A stretch of DNA of 64,000 nt from Gracilinanus agilis (Eukaryota): positions 27,708,992-27,772,991 of the forward strand of contig NC_058131.1 in assembly GCF_016433145.1 (NCBI RefSeq), read 5' to 3'. The notes beneath the pieces are model-generated. The model saw nothing but the letters and a program-made list of their open reading frames with translations. It was not told where the DNA came from and did no database searches. A program made the position numbers and the translations under genes. Below, one piece after another: positions 51,847 to 62,058 of this stretch (the first letter of the stretch is position 1; each line of letters starts with the position of its first letter).

Positions 51847-52993
51847 GGGACAGCTGGGTGGCTCAGTGGATGGAGAGCCAGGACCAGAGATGGGAGGTTC
51901 TAGGTTCAAATCTAGGTTCAAATGACTTCAGACACTTCCTAGGTGTGTGACCCTGGGCAAGTCACTTAACCCCTGCTGCCTAGCCCTTACCACTCTTATG
52001 CCTTAGAACCAATATTCATAATAATATGGAAATAGGTCTTGATCAATGACAAAAATAAAACCCAGTGGAATTGCTCATTGGCTGTGGGAGGGGCTGGGAA
52101 GAGGGGAAGGAAAGAACATGAATCATGTAACTGTTGTGAGGATTACTTAGTTATTAGCTTAGTATTAGTATTAGACCTAGCAGGAAGGGCTGGAGAATTC
52201 CAAAATGGAATGAAGAAGCAGGAAGTGTCTACTTGCTGACTGAGAGAGACTCCATGGTGGTTGAGACAGGTTGCAACTGATCCTAGGAGACCTCAGTTTA
52301 CCAGAGATCCCGAAGGAAGACCGTCACCTACTTGTGGGAGATTTTGGTAGAGACTATTAATCCTAACCTGAGTTGCAGGTCAACTTGGGCTGGGTCAGCT
52401 CCCAGAATCTACCCACCTGGAAGAGTGCAGCAGGTGGTCCTGGAGGAGCAGAAACACCACTGGAGTGAGGCTGGACACTACTGAGAGGATGTCCACTTCA
52501 GTCTTTGCTAGTCTCTGGGCTCTGTCTTGCTTAGGTCTCAGTTAGTGTAGATAAGTCCCTTCCCTGACCCTGGGTTTGCCCTTAGTCTGAAGAGTGTGGT
52601 AACCCCTATTCCCATCCTTTATCTTAGTTGTCCCTGATTAAAAGTGTTAAACTCTTGCCTTTACTCGCTGGTTTCCATAGGTCTAGTCTAGATACTGCAG
52701 AGTGGCAGTTGGGCCCAACTGCTACTTCAGTAGCAGTCACCTCCTTGGCAGTAAAACCTGGTCTCCCAACTTTGTTTGATCCTGTCCATCTGTCATTCCT
52801 GCCTCCCTCACCCCATTGTGAACCCACAGATAATTTTAGTTAACTTCCCTGGTAATCCTCCATTACATAACCATGGAAAAATATTGCAAATTAATTAATT
52901 AAATAAAAATTAAAAAAAAAAAGAACCAATATTCACTATTGATTCTAAGAAGGAAGGTAAGGGTTTTAAAAAATAAATTAAAAAAATAAAAAT
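51847..52993 (+). mobile_element. Three-layer nest: SINE containing an L1 3' fragment containing a solo LTR (52132-52867)
   Basis: SINE TSD aacactcattgc/aagactcactgc; L1 TSD agaaccaatattca (52005-52018, 52922-52935); LTR TGT...ACA with 4-bp TSD taac. Confidence 0.9.
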
Positions 52994-55812
52994 AAGACTC
53001 ACTGCATGCTAGGCAAAAGACACATAAGGAAAAGAAGTTGAGGAAATTATAGCACTGACCATTCGGCAGTCTGATAAAACCTACAAATTCCTTTTCAGAA
53101 TCATGTTTTAAAAAAATTAAATAAAATAAGTAAAAATAATATTAGAGACCAGGTAGATGACTGGTAGAGGTTCAATAAATAGGGGTTAGAAAGAAAATGA
53201 ATTACACTGAAATAGAGTCATTTAAAAAATTTAGACAAATCTCTTAATCCCATGTTATGAACTCTTATTCTAGGACCATTTTTAGACTGAAAGATGACTT
53301 TCAGTACCATCTGAACTTACCCCAAGACATCATGTTCTTGTTGTAGGATTCTAAGGCCTGGCTGAGGTTCAATATAAGGAACTCATTTTTCCTAGTCATC
53401 ATCCTCCTCCTCCTCATGATCATCAAGGATATTTAAGTTTGCAAAGTACTTTATAAAAATTATCTCATCCTTTCCTCCTGTGAGGTAGGGGTTATTATTA
53501 TGCCTGTTTTGCAAATGAGTTAACTGAGGCAGATAAGTTAAGGAATTCACTCAGTTTTAGATACTCGATAATGGCAATTTTCAATTCAGATCTTTCTTAT
53601 TTTAAGTCCACTTTTCTGATCAACCTACCCATTCCTGTTCTACCCATCAAAGGAATAGCTGACCTTCAACAGGTGTTTCAGTCAAGCGGCACATAGTGTA
53701 TTCTCTGAACTTTCCCCAACCTCAGAGATTCCAAAGCTCAGACAAATAAGCAATCTGGTTCTCTCACAAATACGTTTTGCCTACAGTTATAGGCTCTTGT
53801 AAGAAGAAAGACAGCCTCTATATGTTTCCATGTGCTCATTCTGTGCATTCTTCCCCAGCAGAACATAAGCTCCTGGAGGGCAGGGACTATTTCCCTTCTG
53901 TCTTTGTAGGACTGTCACATAATAGTGCTTGATAAATACTTGTTGATTGAGAGAACACAGACAATGAAGCATCTGTGGGATTATTGCAATTGCCATTATG
54001 GGCACACATTGAAAAAAGGTACTTATTGACTTGCCAAAGGTAGTTTCTGTTTGAGCAATCATGTCATCTTTCAGCGCAGTAAATAATGAAAACTATAATT
54101 TTTAAAAATGTTGACCCTATTGGAAGGATTTTCCTTTTTTTTAAGGTCTTGTTGATAAATATTTATCAATCAACTCTCAAAAAATATGTACAGTTTCCAG
54201 TTTCATCTGCACTTTTAACCTTTTCTCCATCAACTTGTTAAGTCTAGACAACCTAAAAAAAATCAAGTCCTGCTTTGTGTGTACCAGTTTTAGAGATGTA
54301 AAGTTAGGAGCCTAGTCCAATAATTATGTGGGAAGAGACAAGAATTTGAAGAAAGGAGATTGAAGTAGGTGATTGAGGGAAAAGCCTGGAAGCAAGAGAT
54401 ATTGTGTACGTAGAAGGAGTAGGTATCTGTCATCTAATTGGCTATATGAGGAAAGAAGAATATAAGACTCTAAATTATAAGCCTTTCAGACTGAAAAGAT
54501 GAGAATCAATGGATAAACTCTTATCACTGCTGTTCGGTCATGTCATCTATTTTTGACTCTCCACAACCCAATTTGAGATTTTCTTGGCAGAGATATTGGA
54601 GTACTTGGTCATTTCCTTCTCTAGTTTGTTTTCAAGATGAGGAAACCGAGGCCAGCAGGAGCTAATTGACTTACCCAGGATCAGATTTGACCAGAGTCTG
54701 ATGCCAGATGTGAACTCAGCAAAAAGAGTCTTCCTAGTAGGAGTATGAATCATGTAACCATGTTAAAAATGAATATTAATAAATGTTTAAATTAAAAAAA
54801 AGGAGTCTTCCTGACATCAGGTCTGGCATTTCTCCATCTTGCCACCTAGCTGCCATACTATGTGTCAGGCATTCATCTAAATGCTGGAAATTAGGGAAAG
54901 AGGCAAGGAATGCTTTGGGGGAAAGGTTAATTAAGACTTCACTTTAAGGCAGAGTGAAGTTTTGTTCATGGTGGGACAAATGGAGAAATTTCCACAAGGG
55001 AGTCGTGAATAGAGGACTTTGAGCTCTGGGAAATTGAATGTATAGCCAAGACTTCCAGGGTCACATACATGAGACTGATAACTGAAGCCCAGGGATAAAG
55101 GTAAGTTAACACTTTCCAGAACCAGTGCCCTTAGGTCCAAATCCCAGGGAAGGGAATAGACTCAGACTCAGCGATGAACAAGGGTGTTACACCTCCCAGT
55201 CATAATGATAATGATAAAAGCCAGACACACAGATGGTGAGCCTACAAACACTGCAACATGCCACCCAGGATTCAGTGTCCTGGTCCTGGCAGTCATCCAG
55301 GGGCCACATTGGGAGGAGATAATAATTAATCAGCATGGAAAGGCAATGTGGAATAGGATCAAGAATATCAACAGACTTAACGCTAGTATGACTTCTCTTT
55401 GAATTCTTCCTTAGACTTTTGCTAGTTTCACCCTAGAAAAGTACTTTAATCTCTCTTGGACTCAGTTTCCTTGTCTGAAAAATGAGGATGGATAATAGTG
55501 CCTGCTTCTGCCCCACAGGATTATTGTGACAAACAAGTGAGATAATAATAAATGGAAAGTCCTTTGCTTACCTTAGAAGGGTGTATTCACTGTTATTATT
55601 ATTATTAAGGGCATATTTTTAAACATGTATCTCCATTTAAACCTGCCCCATAAAATCAGGGGGTCCCTGAGAGCAGGATAAAAGGAGCAATGGGGCCTCT
55701 TCCTATTTCTCCCTTCAGAATGAAATCTCCCTTCAGATAGAACAATGTCTAGGTTCAACTAACACTTAGGAATGACAACTGGGTGGTTGGCTCTGAAACA
55801 ACCAGTCCATCT

Positions 55813-55822
55813 GGGGCTTCCC
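55813..55822 (+). promoter_or_regulatory. NF-kB consensus site in the gene C promoter
   Basis: GGGGCTTCCC fits GGGRNNYYCC, 40 nt upstream of the conserved module. A second kB-like GGCACTTTCC (55853-55862) abuts the module. Confidence 0.4.
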
Positions 55823-55862
55823 AGAAAGTACCTGATGATGACTGTGCTCTGAGGCACTTTCC

Positions 55863-55889
55863 CCTCACCACAGACTCTGTTTCACTTCC
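55863..55889 (+). promoter_or_regulatory. Conserved RUNX + ETS-IRF (EICE/ISRE-like) promoter module, gene C copy
   Basis: CCTCACCACAGACTCTGTTTCACTTCC. The reverse complement contains GGAAGTGAAA (ETS-IRF composite) and TGTGGT (RUNX). About 190 nt upstream of ATG 56080. Confidence 0.72.
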
Positions 55890-56079
55890 TCTCTTATGTC
55901 TGCTGAGCAGGGAACGTTTCAGCCTGGTAACAGGCATCTTAGATGACATTGAGAAGAGGGCAGGGTCTAAGCAGAGCCAACCCCATCCTGGGTAGGGTTA
56001 GAGGATGAAAAGCCATATTTAATACACAGGAGACCTCAGTTCCCTTTTAGGTACTGCCTGAGGCTGTTTGGTGTGCTTG

Positions 56080-56194
56080 ATGAAGCCAGGTAGCCCCCTT
56101 CTGAGGTCCACTGGATGTCAGAGGAGCTGGAGATGGTTCTTTTCAGCTGGGCTTCTCATTCTGGAAGTATTTGCTCTGAGAAAGACACAGGCAG
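56080..56194 (+). CDS. Gene C leader exon
   Basis: Not in the ORF track. MKPGSPLLRSTGCQRSWRWFFSAGLLILEVFALRKTQA then G|gtaagt; 115 nt = 38 codons + 1, phase 1. Confidence 0.85.
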
Positions 56195-56299
56195 GTAAGT
56201 GTAGAGAGAAGGGGGTTCAGTAGACAGTGTAGAGACAATGGAGCTTTTGGTCTGATGGGGAAAACTTATTCATTGCCTTTAAAAGGTTTGAGGTAAGGC

Positions 56300-57130
56300 A
56301 GTCAGTCAACAAACATTTATTGAGTATATTTGTTGATTAATTCATTATTAAGCATATTAAACATAATTATTGTTATACTCCAGTAAAAATGCTAGGTACT
56401 GGGGATACCACCACCACCAAAAATAAAATAAACAGAAAGAACATAGTCCCTGCCTAAAAGGAGCTCATGCTCTAAGAGGGAGAGAACATGTAAATTCAAA
56501 AATAACTAGATACATCTAAGGGAGATGAAAAATAATGGAAAACTAACAATTGTTATCCGTGATGGAATGTTTGATGTGAAATATGGTAAATGGGCTAATT
56601 TGACTGAAATGTTAAATGCATGAAGGAGAGGACTAGGAATATAGCCTAGAAAGGAAGACTGGAATCAGAATGTGAATGACTTTAAACACCATTAGCTGCC
56701 AAAGTTTGTATTTCATCATAGAAGAAGTAGGGAACCACTAAAGTCTTTTGGAGATGGAGTGTGGTGTGCTTTGGGAATAGAAAATGGGAAGATTGGGGAG
56801 GACCGATTGAAGAAGGAGAATTCAAAAGAAAGAAACTCATTTAGAAGGAGATTGCCAAGATCCTGGCAAGAGGGAATAAGGGCCTGAACTATGGTGGGGG
56901 ATGTGTGAATGGAGAGAAAGAAAGAAAGATGTGAGAGAGGAGCTGGAGGCAGAATTAGCTGGGCTTGGCTGCTGGTCCGATATTGAGGAAGGACAGAGAG
57001 AGGGAAGATCTGAGAATGGATCTGAGATTACAAACTTGGATGATGAGAATATTAGGGCTATTCTTGGCAAAAATAGAAAGTAAGTGAGAAGCATGGGTTT
57101 ACAGAGAAATGAATGACAACGTTTTTGACA
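56300..57130 (-). mobile_element. L2 fragments in gene C intron 1
   Basis: cagtcaacaaacatttattgag... L2 3' signature and a purine-rich body. Confidence 0.65.
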
Positions 57131-57625
57131 TACTGAGTTTCAAATACGGAAAGATAATCTAATTGAAGAGGTCTGAAAGGAAAGAGTTTTTTAATAAACA
57201 TTTATTAATCCTCTATTATTCAGTAGGTACTGTAATAAATCCCTTATAAATGCCTCCTTTGAGTACCAATAAAACAATAAGCATTCAGTGTCTTTACTAT
57301 TTTCATTTTATGGATAATGAAATTCAGGTTTAAAGAGTTTAAGATCATACAGCTTAAATGTCTGAAGCTAGATTTGAACTCAAGTCTTTCTAATTACAAG
57401 CCCAGCACTCTATCCTCTGAACCAACTAGCTGATGATAGTTGGAGCTCAAAAGAAAGAGACTATGAGTTGGATATGTACATTTTGGAGTCACCTGTTCAG
57501 TGACATTTAATAATAGTAGGAGACAGAGAAAGGGCAAAGAAATGGCTGAGAGGAGGCTCTGGTCCTCTGGTATCCCCAAACCTGAAACATCATCTTCTCT
57601 TCTTCTCTTCCTTTCTATAATTCAG

Positions 57626-57889
57626 CCCACCACAGGCATATGATTCAGTTGACCGCAGTGGGTACAGGCTACTCTGTCTTGGAACTAAGTGCAATTAGCC
57701 TCATAGATGATGTTGAAGTGGTGTTTTATAACAAAGCACAGAAGCAAATTGCTATCAAGATACCCTGGGTCTCCAAACTAGTGGGAATTAATTATCTCAC
57801 ACAGCTACATGATTTATTGGTGAGCCATGAGCAACATTTCCACTGGACATTCCAATTCTTACTACTACGGAATAACACTAACCCAGACA
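57626..57889 (+). CDS. Gene C alpha1 exon (264 nt)
   Basis: ttcag|CC ... A|gtaagt; (A)HHRHMIQLTAVG...IDDVEVVFY...PWVS...RNNTNPD. Confidence 0.95.
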
Positions 57890-58732
57890 GTAAGTCAGGT
57901 TTCCCCTCATCCTGTTTTTCATTATTTTGTCTGTTTGTCTCCCAAGCCCAGCAGATCCATGGATCCCCAGTAGGTCATACCACTGAGACAAATTTCTTTG
58001 GGCCCTGTCCACTGTATATACTTCCCTGGAGAAAGAACTATCAAGGATCCAGCCCTGGGCCTTAGGCTTCACCCAGTTGGATTAACATCCAGGATCACCA
58101 TCTCCTATAATCCTTTTAAGAGATTTCTACCTTCTGCCCAGCGACTTTCACTCCATGCCAAAATTTCTTAATCAATAAACCTGAACTCATAGAATAAGTC
58201 CCATGCTCTCCTTCAGTCCCAGAGCTTAGAAATGTGCTACAGTCCATCCTAGTTACTGATCTCTCTCTTCATCTGGATTTCAGACATTAGTTCTAGCACC
58301 AACTCCTTTCATTATCTTTTACTCCTGCAATTACCCACAACAGACACACTAAGTAATTTCTGGGTTTTGTTTAAAAGGAAAGAAAATACTCAAACTCAGA
58401 TACAAATTGTCCATAGAGCTTTGAGAGCAAAAAAGTGCACTAAGAATTTGGGGATGCACTGCATAACATGATAGTTCAAGCTGTATGGAGTAGAAATGAG
58501 CATAGCCCCAGAATGAAGAGAACCTAACTCCTAAGTTATTCTATGGTACCTGAATTTCCTGTGATTCTCTAGAGACAGTCCAACTTGATTGTGAGCCACA
58601 AGCTATAAGTAGCTCCCAATGTTTTTAAAAAAGGAAAATCCTTTTCATACATCTCCCCCAAAAATGGGCTCCTCCTTTGGGTTCCCTGTCCTCTTTCCAC
58701 CCATAAAAACCCAACTCTGTGTTCCTCCACAG

Positions 58733-58999
58733 GAAACCACACAGCCCAGCTCCTGGGAGAATGTGAAGTGGACAATGACATCACAGTAAAGAGTCATGCC
58801 CATTTAATTTGGGGTGGGAAGGAAAGTTACCGGATAGATGAAGAGGTTGGGCATTGGGAGAACATAGATCCTGATGTCAAACGATACCAACATGTTCTGG
58901 AGAGACCTTTATGGACCAATCTAAGGAAACGCTACATGAAGCTATTTTGTGTTGACATAATGAGGAAAATCGTTGAATATTCAAGCATAAGGGATAATG
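58733..58999 (+). CDS. Gene C alpha2 exon (267 nt)
   Basis: cacag|GA ... G|gtgagt; (R)NHTAQLLGECEVD...HW...LWTNLRKRYMKLFCVDIM...RDN. Confidence 0.95.
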
Positions 59000-59149
59000 G
59001 TGAGTGTTAACTTCTTCCCATCTCCTCCTTAAAGGTCTAGGTTACCTCCGCAATCCTTTTCAGTCCCAGAGAAAGAGACTGCAACCCCACCTTCTGATCA
59101 TAGACCCAGCTGACAATGGGAAATTTTGTTTTAATGTGAAAAAGTTTGC

Positions 59150-59405
59150 ATTAAGTTCTTTTTTCCTTCTTTTCTTTTTCTTCCTTTCTTATTTTCTTTT
59201 TTCTTTTCCATATTTCCTTCCTTCTCTCTATTTTCATCTATCCTTTTTTCCTTTCTTTTTTCTCTACTTTCTTTTCTTTTTACTTCTTTTTTTCTGTTAT
59301 TTAAGTCCTTTCTTTCCTTCCTTTCTTTTCTCCTTCCTTACCTTTTCTTTTCTTTCTCCTTTCTTTCTCTCTTCCATTCTCTTCTTCTTTACTTTTTCTA
59401 TTCTT
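59150..59405. repeat. Polypyrimidine low-complexity tract (about 250 bp) in gene C intron 3
   Basis: Nearly all C/T (ttc/cttt runs); explains the spurious Phe-rich ORF 59004-59408. Confidence 0.9.
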
Positions 59406-60024
59406 TAAGTTAAAGTCTCACCCCCATGACTTATCAAAGGTAGAGGGTAATCCTAGGAGCTAAGAAATCATGGCAGCAAAATACATATTCTGAAATGATC
59501 TCCCAAAGCTGAGAAATCTTTGTTCACAGTACCAGGGATGATGAACTATGTATTTGCTGTGTAAAGAGCTGTCTAGCCAAATTTGAAACATTAGGATGCC
59601 GGCCACAAGTAATATTTTACTTTTATTTGGGGAGGTAGTGACAGAGATACATGAAGGATAGCCTAGTAAGAATGGTGGGTATTCAATCTTAATGATCAGT
59701 AGTATCCCCACTGATTCAATCATGGGTCATAGAAGACTAAGCTTCTTGAAGATGGTTTAGAAAGCTATTGGTGATAAGTTTGTCAAAACCAACTGATGGT
59801 GACTCAGTAACTAGCCGTTAACTTAGCACTCTTTCGGGTGTCCAGAAAGATACATAGGAATAAAAAGTACTCTCAAGGACCTGATGGATCCATTGGGTAC
59901 AAGAGCACAGGAGATGCTGCAATAAGGAAGCTGAGAGCATTCATGAAGTTAAAGATAAAATGGAAGCATCAAACACTGACTAAGATTGTGACATGAGACC
60001 TTCTTCCTTGATCTCTCCTCCTAG

Positions 60025-60303
60025 TGGCCCCAGAGGTGGTTGTATCTCAACATGTCAGCCCAGAAGGCAGCATCATTCTCTCCTGCATTGCCACAGGTTT
60101 CTACCCTCGCTCCATCATCATGCACTGGGAAAAGAATGGGAAGCTGGGGATATGGGGAAATGAGAGTTCCAGTGGCACCCTGCCCAATATGGATTCCACC
60201 TTCTACCTCAAAGTTACCTTAGAACTCCCACCAGAGGACTCAGGTGCAGGTTATACCTGCGTAATAGAACATAGTGAGCTGAAGAGTCCTGCTATGTATT
60301 CAG
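60025..60303 (+). CDS. Gene C alpha3 exon (279 nt)
   Basis: cctag|TG ... G|gtcagt; (V)APEVVVSQH...LSCIATGFYPRS...LPNMDSTFY...YTCVIEHSELKSPAMYS. Confidence 0.96.
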
Positions 60304-60425
60304 GTCAGTGTTTTAGCCACATACTCTCATTACATCCCTAAGAAACTTAGCCCCAGAGTTCCATTCTCTCCCCACTTCTTTCATTGAATGCACACTCACT
60401 TACATTCTACTCTTTATTTCTATAG

Positions 60426-60542
60426 TCCCTAGAAAAACCACTAAAAACAAGCCTTGGATTCTTGCACTGGGCATCATGTTAGCTGTCATGATACTGCTGA
60501 GCTGTGCTGGGGTATTCATCAAATGGAAGATGAGGAAGACAG
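60426..60542 (+). CDS. Gene C transmembrane exon (117 nt)
   Basis: Not in the ORF track. tatag|TC ... G|gtatgc; (V)PRKTTKNKPWILALGIMLAVMILLSCAGVFIKWKMRKT. Confidence 0.92.
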
Positions 60543-61277
60543 GTATGCATGTAAGAAGAGAGAAGTGACAGGAAGATTTTGGATTGGGAGCACCCAAGGA
60601 GACAGGAGATATTGGTATCATAGCAACCTCAATAACTAATTGTAAGAAAATGTTTTGAGAATAGAATCCCAGAATCTTAGGGTCAAAGAAGTACACAAAT
60701 TTTATAAAATCCAAACTTTACCCAATCAAAAAGCTCCTCAATATCATCCTGGCAAGACAATCTCCAATCCTCAGACATCTTATCTGTAATAGGGGGATAT
60801 CAATGGCACTTGCATTACAATAATATTCACATAAAGTGCCAGTCAAATCTTTAAGTGCTATGGAAATATTGGTAATCATTATGACTCAAATAATACAGTT
60901 AGAGACCACTTTTTTAAAACTGTCATGCCATGTCCAAGGCACATTCCTGATTTCTATGAAGTTTTCAGTCCATTAAAATACCCAGGTCTTTATTATTACA
61001 GAAAATATTTTATTGGTGTGTGCATGTATGCATTTATATAACTATAGTATTTAAATTTTATATAAATTTCAATCTAATTCAATGCAATCCAAAAAGAATT
61101 TGTCAAGGACCTATTAGTGTCTTGCTAGACTCCTTTAAGACAAAGACAAAAGGAAAATAGTCCCTGCTCTCATAGAGCTTACATTCTATTGGGGTAACTC
61201 CTATCAAATTTCATCATCTTAAATTCTGCCCATTGTTCTACCCTTTAAAAATCTTTTGAGATCCTGCCTCATCAACT

Positions 61278-61469
61278 GTTTTTTTTTAATTTTAAACCCT
61301 TAACTTCTGTGTATTGACTTATAGGTGGAAGATTGGTAAGGGTAGGCAATGGGGGTCAAGTGACTTGCCCAGGGTCACACAGCTGGGAAGTGTCTGAGGC
61401 CAGATTTGAACCTAGGACCTCCTGTCTCTAGGCCTGGCTCTCAATCCACTGAGCTACCCAGCTGCCCCC
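61278..61469 (-). mobile_element. SINE1_Mdo-type SINE
   Basis: Young reverse copy; flanks actgttttttttt. Confidence 0.9.
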
Positions 61470-62058
61470 TCCACTGTTTTTTTTTAATATTTTTGATGAC
61501 ATTAGCTATCCCTCCAGTATTGGAAACATCTCCAAATTAGATGTTAATGTCATCTATGGCTTCATCCAAGCCATCAAAAACATGGTACCTCTTAGTGAAG
61601 AAGCTTCTCTTGCTAGACACTCGGAAATCAGTCAATTGTGTCTTTCAACTCATTAGAATAAATATTTATTAAATACTTGCTATGCTCAAATTAATAGATA
61701 GCATGGTTTATAGAATAGAGACTCTGTCCTGAAGTTAGGAAGACCTGGATTCATGTCTCACGTACTGGCTGTGTCACACAGACCTTGAACAAGTCACACA
61801 CAGAGCCTCAGGTAACTCTCTAAGACTAAATTATAGAAAGTGCAAATCTTCACTGATAGAGGGAGTTCCTCAGTTGGATTTCCCTATACCCATGATGGCA
61901 CCTGTTGAGACTCTCAAAAAAAGACAGAGGGGGAAGGATTATATACCTTAATAACATTTAGTAGAATCATGTCAATTAATGAAGTTCAGCTCACTGCCTT
62001 CTATGAAGAATCCATCATCTTCCCTTAAAAAAATGTTCACTCACTCATCTATTTCCAG

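Noticed and set aside
3352-58999. Identity as MR1, CD1, ZAG/AZGP1, HFE or classical class I
   Set aside because: The MR1 Lys43 position is F/L/I. TM exons are present in B and C (ZAG is secreted). Classical peptide anchors are lost. Three divergent tandem copies do not fit single-copy HFE or MR1. No gene symbol was assigned because the UT paralog number cannot be determined without a search.
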